DNA of 36,665 bases from Candidatus Nomurabacteria bacterium (lineage in GTDB: Bacteria > Patescibacteriota > Minisyncoccia > Phycocordibacterales > UBA9973), in NCBI GenBank assembly GCA_943356395.1, contig CALRFC010000001.1, forward strand, positions 1 through 36,665, read 5' to 3'. The position numbers and the translations under genes are program-made. Numbering within the stretch: the first letter of the stretch is position 1; each line of letters starts with the position of its first letter. Below, one piece after another: positions 28,172 through 35,458 of the stretch. The notes beneath the pieces are model-generated. The model saw only the letters and a list, made by a program, of their open reading frames with translations. It was not told where the DNA came from and did not search any database.

Positions 28172-29626
28172 TTAACGCTCTGGCAGAATGGTTCGGATAT
28201 CTTTCAAGAGCGGCTCGCGCAAGAGGATGAGGCAAAAAATGTAAACCAACATGCCCGCAAGCATTGTAAGGATAAGTTTGCCGCCAAAATAATTTATAAC
28301 ACTGATGACTGTCGCCATGCATATCGTGGCGATAATTATTTTCCTCAAGCCTGTCACGATTCGGAAACTGGCTTCCCGATTTACTTTTCGCCAAACAACA
28401 AAGGTAACGATCGCGGTTGAAACTACTGTTGCCCATGCGGAACCGACTGCGCCGAATTTTGGAATGAGAAAAAAATTGGCGAGTATGTTTGCGATGACGC
28501 CGAAGAAATACGCACGAGCCAGTTCTCTTTGCTTATCGAACGCGAAGATGGCGTTTGAAAGCAGTATCAAGGGGAAGGAAACGAGGAGCATGAGAAGAAG
28601 CGCGGAGAGAATCGGGGCCGCGCCGGCGTACGCGGCTCCGAAAGTGAAGACGACAATCTTGCCTGAAAGGAGCATGCCCCCGACGACGATCGGAATCGCG
28701 ATAAGGAACATGAATCGGAGAGTGCGTTCAAAAATGTTTCCGAGTTGCCCCTTATCAGTGTGAGCCAAGCGCGAGATGAGCGGGAAGCTTGCCGTGCCGA
28801 TCATTGAAGGAATGATCAAAATAAATTGTTGTATGCGCTGCATGGATGCGTACAAGCCGATTTCAGCAGAATTTTTCCAGATGCCGAGCATGACGACATC
28901 GGTATTTGCCATGATACTGCCGACGAGCGTGATTAAGGCGAACGGCCATGTTGTTTTTATGACTGTGCCAAGGAGCGTCAGATCGATCCGCGATATGATT
29001 TGCAAAAATCTTTTGCGGACGACAATGGCTATCAGAAAAAAGCCAAGAGCGCTTCCGATCGCGTACGCGAGGGCAAAAGATTCCGGCGAGGGGTCGCTTT
29101 TTAGAAGCATAATGCCAAACCAAAGAGTGAGGGCGCTCATCAAAATCTTGACGACGATTTCCCACTCCATCTTTTCGAACGCTCGGTTGACCGCGAAACC
29201 GGTTTCGCGCAAAGCGTCGAAAACGAGAATGATGGCAATCATGCCGAAAAGCGGACGGGCTTCGGCAATGTGCGAGATGTGCGGACCGAGCAAGACAACA
29301 AGAAGAATACTTGCGCACAAGATGGCACTCTTTAAAAAGAGCGATGTTGATATGAACGAGGCGTAGCCGTCTTTCAGCTGTACAGCTTCGCGTGTGATCA
29401 AACCGCCAATGCCGATGTCCGAGAAAATCATGAGGATCGAACCGATTGAAAGAGCATACGAAAAAGCGCCCCACCCTTCGGCTCCGAGGATGCGGGCGGC
29501 ATAGACGACGAGCATCATCTTCAGGAGTCTGGAAGCGATTTCAGCCGCTATCAGCCAGAATGTGTTTTTGGCTATTGTCTGTTTTACGCTCGTATTTTTG
29601 AAGAGGAAATCTACCAATTGCCGCAT
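28172..29626 (-). CDS. wzx: Polysaccharide flippase (Wzx/RfbX family)
   Basis: IAKNTFWL, YAARILGAEGWG, TDVVMLG, LIPKFGAVGSAWAT; ~12-14 TM. Confidence 0.9.
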   Translation of the reverse strand: MRQLVDFLFKNTSVKQTIAKNTFWLIAAEIASRLLKMMLVVYAARILGAEGWGAFSYALSIGSILMIFSDIGIGGLITREAVQLKDGYASFISTSLFLKSAILCASILLVVLLGPHISHIAEARPLFGMIAIILVFDALRETGFAVNRAFEKMEWEIVVKILMSALTLWFGIMLLKSDPSPESFALAYAIGSALGFFLIAIVVRKRFLQIISRIDLTLLGTVIKTTWPFALITLVGSIMANTDVVMLGIWKNSAEIGLYASMQRIQQFILIIPSMIGTASFPLISRLAHTDKGQLGNIFERTLRFMFLIAIPIVVGGMLLSGKIVVFTFGAAYAGAAPILSALLLMLLVSFPLILLSNAIFAFDKQRELARAYFFGVIANILANFFLIPKFGAVGSAWATVVSTAIVTFVVWRKVNREASFRIVTGLRKIIIATICMATVISVINYFGGKLILTMLAGMLVYIFCLILLREPLLKDIRTILPER

Positions 29627-29691
29627 ATCGCTTCAGTATACACAAAAGAGCGGTTGGCAGGAATCCAGAAACTGCAATATAATGTACATCT

Positions 29692-29850
29692 ATGTTCTCA
29701 AAACACTTCATCAAAATGCTTCTTGGGCTTATTGGCATGATATTGCTCGGCATTCTCGTGCTTTTCGTGATAAGCGCATACGAGCGGACGCACGGCGGCG
29801 ACCGCGCGCCGAACATCTCAAACGGGATCAATAGTTTGAACGGGAGATAG
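29692..29850 (+). CDS. Small single-TM membrane protein (52 aa, absent from ORF track)
   Basis: MFSKHFIKMLLGLIGMILLGILVLFVISAYERTHGGDRAPNISNGINSLNGR*; TATAAT 8 nt upstream. Confidence 0.6.
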   Translation: MFSKHFIKMLLGLIGMILLGILVLFVISAYERTHGGDRAPNISNGINSLNGR

Positions 29851-29871
29851 ATACGCGATGCAAATGGGAAT

Positions 29872-30045
29872 CAGCTTCCAGCTTCTTGCTTCCTGCTGTT
29901 AGCTTTTAAATTCGGATTCAGAAGCTGGAAGCCTGTCCGAACGGATTCATCCGGGCGGGCAAAAAGCCCGCCCGACTGAACGACAATAATACTTCAGTCC
30001 CCTCCAGAACGACTCTGTCGGGCTGGGTTCGGGCGGGCAGACAGC
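29872..30045. repeat. AGCTTTT-family inverted array interrupted by nested CCCGCCC-GAAC hairpin elements
   Basis: Inserts at 29932-29959 and 29967-30037 (the latter with a nested degenerate copy at 30000-30026). Confidence 0.75.
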
Positions 30046-30156
30046 CAGTTTTTTTTATGTTCTATGATTCATGTTTTATGTTACGCGTTCCATATTATGC
30101 TCTATGCGTTGCCATGCTTGCCAGAATTTTCTTTTCATGTATACTCTCATTGTTCA

Positions 30157-30312
30157 CCGTAGACAGCGGGCAGGGGAATATCCCCAGAGGTCCCGCCGAG
30201 GAAAGGAATGAAAGACAATTGACAATTGACTTTTGACAATTGACCGAAATGCAAACGCATTTTAAGTCAAATGTCACTTGTTAAATGTTAAATGTTTGCG
30301 TTCGCTCTACGG
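30157..30312 (+). ncRNA. Ribosomal protein L10 leader (with internal repeat insertion)
   Basis: CCGTAGACAGCGGG...CCCGCCGAGG core as in L10 leaders; CCGTAGA pairs with TCTACGG (30306-30312); upstream of rplJ-rplL; TTGCCA-16-TATACT promoter at 30118-30145. Confidence 0.75.
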
Positions 30313-30391
30313 CCGAAAGGTCGATTTTTTATTGGAAAATAATGAGTGAAGCGAATATATTTTCCATAACCCTGTTAAATAATTTTAAATC

Positions 30392-30655
30392 ATGTCGCGG
30401 TATCATTACACATACGTATTGCGATCAAAGAAAGATAGCGATTTGTACGTTGGGTGTACCGCTGATTTAAAATTACGATTTGAGCAACATCAGAAAGGTC
30501 AAGTTGAGTCAACAAAGAATCGACGACCGCTTGAGTTGATATACTTCGAATCATGCTTGTCTAAAAGCGATGCACTACATCGTGAAAAATATTTTAAGAC
30601 ATATCATGGTAAGCAGTTTATCTACAAGAGGCTCAAATCGTATTTAACAGGGTGA
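30392..30655 (+). CDS. Small GIY-YIG nuclease family protein
   Basis: YTYVLRS.....YVGCTADLKLRFEQH..G...STK.RRP..L.YFE......AL.REKY.K. Confidence 0.9.
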   Translation: MSRYHYTYVLRSKKDSDLYVGCTADLKLRFEQHQKGQVESTKNRRPLELIYFESCLSKSDALHREKYFKTYHGKQFIYKRLKSYLTG

Positions 30656-30680
30656 GATTTTCCGCTTCGCTACAAATCTC

Positions 30681-31169
30681 ATGATTACAAAAGAAAAGAA
30701 AACTCAATTGATAAAAGATATCGAGGCGATGCTCAAAAGCGCCGCATCAATCGTCTTCGTCAAATTCGACAAGCTCACGGTCAAAGACGCGAATGCGCTT
30801 CGCCGAGGGCTCGACAAGGAGAATGTCGCGTACAAGGTTTCCAAGAAAACGCTCCTGAAGCGCGTGCTCGATACGAAAGGATTCGAGGGTTCTCTGCCGG
30901 ACCTGGAAGGCGAGATCGCGATCGCCGCATCTTCCGACCCGCTCTCCGCGGCGCGCGAAGTGTATGCGTTCCAATCCGCGCACAAGGACAACATCTCGAT
31001 CGTCGGCGGCGTTTTCGACGGGAAGTATCAGGACAAGGCGCAGATGATTTCCATCGCGACGATTCCTCCGCTCCAAACGCTCCGCGGCATGTTCGTGAAT
31101 ATTATAAACTCACCCATTCAGCGATTGGTCATCGGACTCAATGCTGTTGCTGGGAAGAAAAGTGCGTAA
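30681..31169 (+). CDS. rplJ: 50S ribosomal protein L10
   Basis: LTV.....LRR.L......YKV.KKTLL, GGVFDG, IATIP; precedes rplL. Confidence 0.93.
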   Translation: MITKEKKTQLIKDIEAMLKSAASIVFVKFDKLTVKDANALRRGLDKENVAYKVSKKTLLKRVLDTKGFEGSLPDLEGEIAIAASSDPLSAAREVYAFQSAHKDNISIVGGVFDGKYQDKAQMISIATIPPLQTLRGMFVNIINSPIQRLVIGLNAVAGKKSA

Positions 31170-31183
31170 ATTATAAATAATAA

Positions 31184-31250
31184 ACTAGGCTTTAGGCACT
31201 AGGCTCTAGCAAAAATGCTAATGCCTAACGCCTAGTAGCCTAGTGCCTAA
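31184..31250. repeat. Heptamer inverted array between rplJ and rplL
   Basis: TTAGGCACTAGGCT ... AGCCTAGTGCCTAA (14-bp perfect inverted repeat) within CTAGGC-periodic units. Confidence 0.8.
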
Positions 31251-31256
31251 AATATT

Positions 31257-31649
31257 ATGGAAGAAAATAAAAATGTGGAAGTTCCTGCGAAGTTCAAGGA
31301 CATCGTTTCGAAGATCGAAGAAATGTCCGTGCTTGATCTTCATGAGCTCGTGAAAGTGTTTGAAGAAAAATTCGGCGTTTCGGCCGCAGCCGTTGCCGGT
31401 CCGGCCGCCGCAGCCGCGGGCCCTGCCGCTGAAGAAAAAGACAGCTACACGGTCGTCCTTTCTGCCGCAGGCGAACAAAAAATCGCCGTGATGAAGGCAG
31501 TCAAGGAAGCTCTCGGACTCGGACTCAAGGAAGCAAAAGATCTCGTCGATGGCGCGCCGGCAACCCTCAAAGAGGGAATGAAGAAAGCCGAAGCGGAAGA
31601 ACTCAAGAAAAAGATAGAGGAAGCGGGAGGGAAAGTTGAGCTTAAATAG
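31257..31649 (+). CDS. rplL: 50S ribosomal protein L7/L12
   Basis: [40 protein letters not shown]. Confidence 0.98.
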   Translation: MEENKNVEVPAKFKDIVSKIEEMSVLDLHELVKVFEEKFGVSAAAVAGPAAAAAGPAAEEKDSYTVVLSAAGEQKIAVMKAVKEALGLGLKEAKDLVDGAPATLKEGMKKAEAEELKKKIEEAGGKVELK

Positions 31650-31949
31650 CTCAACTTTCGGCCGGAGGCTGTCGAGCCGAGGCGTGGTCAGGCAAAATTC
31701 TAGCAAGAATTTATGCGTGACAAGTCGACTTAAAATAACAAAGTTATTTTAAGGGACTTTACGGCCGGAACGCCCGAAGGCCGCGCACAGCAGTGCGCGG
31801 AAGTGAGGCGGGTGAGACGCGAATACTTGGAGCGTCGCAAGACCTTGAGCGTTTTGTACTCAAAATGCGAAAGGTGTACAGTTCCTGTAAGGAACGCATG
31901 GCTCTGCGAGCGACGGCGAGTAGAGAACATGTGGCCAAGTTGAGCTTAA
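31633..31949 (+). mobile_element. Structured ~290-nt insertion flanked by a 13-bp direct repeat of the rplL 3' end
   Basis: AAGTTGAGCTTAA at 31633-31645 and 31937-31949; multiple internal hairpins; ends pair with each other. Confidence 0.6.
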
Positions 31950-31967
31950 GTAAATTAGAGATTCAAA

Positions 31968-32002
31968 ACAAAAAATCCCTGAAAATTTCGGGGGTTTTTT
32001 GT
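31968..32002 (+). terminator. Intrinsic terminator of rplJL
   Basis: ACAAAAAATCCCTGAA-AAT-TTCGGGGGTTTTTTGT. Confidence 0.8.
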
Positions 32003-32049
32003 ACCCAAAAATGCCAAATGGCAAGACTTGCATTTTTTTCTATACGCTA

Positions 32050-32093
32050 CCCGCCCGAACGACTGAATGATTGACACTGTTCAGTCGGGCGGG
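32050..32093. repeat. CCCGCCC-GAAC-hairpin-GGGCGGG element
   Basis: CCCGCCC GAAC GACTGAAT..GTTCAGTC GGGCGGG inserted in a CTATACG/CTATAAG heptamer run. Confidence 0.75.
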
Positions 32094-32118
32094 TAAGCTA
32101 TACGCTATAACCTCACCC

Positions 32119-32760
32119 ATGGAAACTCTCGGAAAACTCTTCAATTCGACCGCTCGCGTGAAAATCATGCGTCTTTTCCTCTTGAATCCGAACACAGTTT
32201 TCAACACAAAAAGCATTTCATCGAGGAGCAAAGTCGCCATGGGGACGCTCCGCAAAGAGCTCTCGTTGCTCATTTCCGCAAAATTCATCAAGCGCAAGGC
32301 GCTCTCGAAGAAAAATCCGCCGGCCAAGCGGCGTTCCGGAAAAAAGAAAAAAGCGGCTTCTTCGGGCGCGGGTTTCGTCTTGGATCAGAATTTCAGCTAC
32401 GGCGATTCTCTGCGCGAGCTTTTGATCGATGCGGCTTTCATCAAGCATGAGACGCTCGCCAAGAATTTCAAGAAAGCCGGACGCGTGAAGCTCCTCATCG
32501 TCGCCGGCGTCTTCACGCACGATCCGGAGAGCCGGCTCGATCTTCTCGTCGTCGGCGACAATCTGAAGCGCCGTGCGGTCGACAGCTACATCAAGAATCT
32601 CGAAGCTGAGATCGGCAAGGAGCTCTCGTACGCGATGTTTGAGACTTCCGATTTCCTCTACCGCCGTGACATGTACGACAAGCTGGTCTGCGATGTGCTC
32701 GATTTTCCGCATGAGAAAGTGATCAATGCCGTTGGAGTGGCGAATAAGGTGAGGGAGTAG
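32119..32760 (+). CDS. Hypothetical protein: wHTH plus degenerate nucleotidyltransferase-like domain
   Basis: LFNSTARVKIMRLFLLNP HTH-like N-terminus; GVF.....SRLDLLVVGD NTase-like motif; start at METLG. Confidence 0.7.
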   Translation: METLGKLFNSTARVKIMRLFLLNPNTVFNTKSISSRSKVAMGTLRKELSLLISAKFIKRKALSKKNPPAKRRSGKKKKAASSGAGFVLDQNFSYGDSLRELLIDAAFIKHETLAKNFKKAGRVKLLIVAGVFTHDPESRLDLLVVGDNLKRRAVDSYIKNLEAEIGKELSYAMFETSDFLYRRDMYDKLVCDVLDFPHEKVINAVGVANKVRE

Positions 32761-33011
32761 GACAGAAAGTAGAAAATAGTTAGTAGTAAATAGGAATTTT
32801 GGAGTTTTTTGCATTCTTTACTATTTTCTACTTTCTACCAACTACTTACTATATTTATGGCTTTTCCACACCCGTCCCTTTCCACTCCCGAAAACTGGTA
32901 TAATGGTTTCAGACTATGGTTGGCTGTTTCGGCGGCCAAACTGTCACAATTATCAGTAATCGTAAGCCGTTTCGAAACGGCACTGCCCGTTTTAAGGGCA
33001 CATTTCATACT

Positions 33012-33692
33012 ATGTTATTACAAACATGGGGAGAAGTTCTTGGCGCATCACTCCAGAATCTTTGGTGGGGTTTCGTCAGTTTTGTCCCGAATCTCATCGT
33101 TGCGGTCGTTATTTTTATCATCGGATGGGTCATCGCTTCGGTGATCGGTCGCGTCATCGATCAGGCAATCACGGCGCTTAAGATCGACTCGCTCTTCAAG
33201 AGCGCGGGCGCAGACAAGATGTTTGAAAAGGCGGGATTCCATTTTTCCGTCGGAGGATTCTTGGGCGGACTCGTAAAGTGGTTTGTCATCGTCGTTTTCC
33301 TGATGACAGCGCTTGAAATCGTAGGGCTTACGCAAGTCAACAGCTTCCTTCGCGAAGTCGTTCTCTCGTATCTCCCGCAGGTCGTTATAGCTTCTCTCGT
33401 CCTTATCGTCGCAACAGTCATTTCTGATGCGATGAGAAAGATCGTCGAAGGTTCGGCTCGTGCGGCAAATGTCCACTCGGCAAAGCTTCTCGGCACGATC
33501 GTGAAGTATGCGATCTGGATCTTCGCTTTGATCATTGCGCTCTCCGAGCTCGGCATCGCGTCTCAATTCATGCAAATCCTCTTTACCGGCATCATTGCGA
33601 TGCTCGCGATCGCGGGCGGTCTCGCCTTCGGTTTGGGCGGAAAGGATGCGGCAGCGAAGTGCATCGAAAAGGTTCGTTCAGAGACGCACTAG
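33012..33692 (+). CDS. TM-helix repeat membrane protein (CmpX / MscS-associated TM family)
   Basis: FVPNLIVAVVIFIIGW, YLPQVVIA, GLAFGLGGKD; start at MLLQT. Confidence 0.8.
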   Translation: MLLQTWGEVLGASLQNLWWGFVSFVPNLIVAVVIFIIGWVIASVIGRVIDQAITALKIDSLFKSAGADKMFEKAGFHFSVGGFLGGLVKWFVIVVFLMTALEIVGLTQVNSFLREVVLSYLPQVVIASLVLIVATVISDAMRKIVEGSARAANVHSAKLLGTIVKYAIWIFALIIALSELGIASQFMQILFTGIIAMLAIAGGLAFGLGGKDAAAKCIEKVRSETH

Positions 33693-33747
33693 AGATTAGA
33701 GAAAAGTAGCTAGTAGCTAGTAGCTAGGGACTAGAAAATTCAAATAC

Positions 33748-33789
33748 AATACAAAAGGAACGCGGCGTACGCCGCGCTCCTTTTGTATT
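33748..33789. terminator. Intrinsic terminator
   Basis: AATACAAAAGGAACGCGGCG-TA-CGCCGCGCTCCTTTTGTATT. Confidence 0.75.
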
Positions 33790-33809
33790 TTCCTAGAACC
33801 TAAAAACTA

Positions 33810-33841
33810 CCCGCCCGAACGTACCGTTCGGTACAGGCGGC
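33810..33841. repeat. CCCGCCC-GAAC-hairpin element
   Basis: CCCGCCC GAAC GTACC-GTTC-GGTAC AGGCGGC inserted in a CTAGAAC heptamer run. Confidence 0.7.
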
Positions 33842-33911
33842 GAACCAAGAACCTGAATTCCCGTTTGACATTCAAGCATATATTATGGTAATTTAATGAA
33901 AATTCTTAACA

Positions 33912-34763
33912 ATGATATACACGAACAAATCAGTCAGCATCGGCGTCGATTCGATCGGGGGGAACATAACATCCTTTCAAGTCGACGGCGACCACATCTT
34001 TTTCCCACAGCAAGCGCTCAAAGAGAACAACGAACTCAAAATCCGCGGCGGAAGCCACATCTGCTTCCCGAATTTCGGAAGTCAGAAAAATCCCCAAGAT
34101 TTTAAAGTTCAAAAGCACGGTTTTTTAAGAGAAAGACCAGTGCAGATTTCTTACGGATCTTCGATGTACGCAGCTTATGTGAAGGACAATTTCTGTCGCA
34201 TAGACGGAATGGATACGGACGAAAGTTACAAATTCATCTTGTCTCACTATGAGTACAATGCAAATGAAAGAGATTTTCCTAAGTTTTTCCCTTTTTCTTT
34301 CTCACTTGACAGCACACTCTTCTTTCTTGAGAAAGGATTCGCGCAAGTTATCAAAATCTCACATTCGGGAAACAAAGATGTTGCGCGAAAATCAATTCCT
34401 ATCAATCCGGCATTTCATCCGTACATAAATACGCGGATGTCGCGGGTGGCGATAGATGGTTTGGAAAAAGAGAGAATCGGTTTCTGGAATGATTCGTCTG
34501 TGGACGGGTTGTCATACCCGATGGCGTCGCCGATCACGATTATCCGCGAAAAGATGGATCGGAAAATAAAAATGCAATTCGGCGGGCTCTTCGCGGAAGT
34601 TCCGGATGCGAGAATCGTGCTGTGGAGGAATTACAATAATTCTCCGTATTTCTGCATCGAACCGGTTGCCGGCAATTCACACAAATTCGGAACCGAATAC
34701 GGACATTTTCTTCGTCCGGATCAGGACTCCGTTTGTGCGTGGATGAAGGTCGAAGTAGAGTAA
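33912..34763 (+). CDS. Aldose 1-epimerase / galactose mutarotase-like protein
   Basis: RGGSHICFPNFG, KHGFLR, AFHPY, YFCIEP; TTGACA promoter at 33865. Confidence 0.8.
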   Translation: MIYTNKSVSIGVDSIGGNITSFQVDGDHIFFPQQALKENNELKIRGGSHICFPNFGSQKNPQDFKVQKHGFLRERPVQISYGSSMYAAYVKDNFCRIDGMDTDESYKFILSHYEYNANERDFPKFFPFSFSLDSTLFFLEKGFAQVIKISHSGNKDVARKSIPINPAFHPYINTRMSRVAIDGLEKERIGFWNDSSVDGLSYPMASPITIIREKMDRKIKMQFGGLFAEVPDARIVLWRNYNNSPYFCIEPVAGNSHKFGTEYGHFLRPDQDSVCAWMKVEVE

Positions 34764-34777
34764 TGAAATTGAATTTT

Positions 34778-34805
34778 AAAACCCCGCTAGTCGGGGTTTT
34801 TCTTT
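34778..34805 (+). terminator. Intrinsic terminator
   Basis: AAAACCCCG-CTAGT-CGGGGTTTTT. Confidence 0.8.
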
Positions 34806-34900
34806 TGCATTTTCTGGTATTTTTCCCAGCCCCTAGAAACTAGAACCTAGAACCTGTCTCCCTACAAAAGATATCCCCATCGCCCGAATTCCCCGCGGGG

Positions 34901-34929
34901 TTGACTTCCAAATTGGCATCCTATATACT
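34901..34929 (+). promoter_or_regulatory. sigma70-type promoter upstream of 23S rRNA
   Basis: TTGACT, 17-bp spacer, TATACT. Confidence 0.7.
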
Positions 34930-35458
34930 CTCCCTGCCGATATGAATACTAACAAAACACCCAAGCGGAATAGATAAACGCCACCTGGTGTTTTACTCTC
35001 CGCCCAAAAGGCGGTTTTTTAGTTAGAAAAACATAGACAGCGCATTTCTTTGTTGCTTCGCTCGTTTGCTCCCGCAATGTACAGTCGTACATTTTGGTCG
35101 CAAGCCTCGCTCGCGCCTCGAACTGCACCTGCCTCTGTTTTTCTAAGAATACGACTGCACGACTGACCATTGATAACCAAATACGCTCCACCTTTGTTTA
35201 GACATGGGGTCTTTTCGGAGGATGGAGTGGCAGGAAAAATCGTCGTGCTTCACACGAATGACTAATACTCAATGACTAATATCTAAGTAGATGCGGAATT
35301 CCGCATTTCATTAGAAATTAGAAATTAGAACTTAGAAATTTCGCACGGAGTGCGACAAACGTATGTTGCAATCAGTAGTAGGCAGCGGTGTCGAAATGAT
35401 TGTAAATCCCGCGCATCACACAGTGTGTGATGCGCGGGTGGTGATTCTTACATTTCCT

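Noticed and set aside
30198..30206. RNase P RNA suggested by GAGGAAAG
   Set aside because: Not followed by TCC, no 3' P4 partner seen; the context fits an L10 leader
29872..30300. CRISPR array suggested by repeated palindromes
   Set aside because: No constant 23-47-bp repeat with regularly sized unique spacers, and no cas genes in the window
31650..31936. Canonical group I/II intron, tRNA or tmRNA call for the rplL insert
   Set aside because: Could not identify P7/omega-G, GUGYG/domain V, or acceptor/T-arm motifs by eye; left as an unclassified structured element
31793..32074. 93-aa ORF downstream of rplL
   Set aside because: Starts inside the structured insert, crosses the terminator, no recognisable motif
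32862..32870. Isolated DnaA-box-like TTTTCCACA
   Set aside because: A single one-mismatch 9-mer is expected by chance
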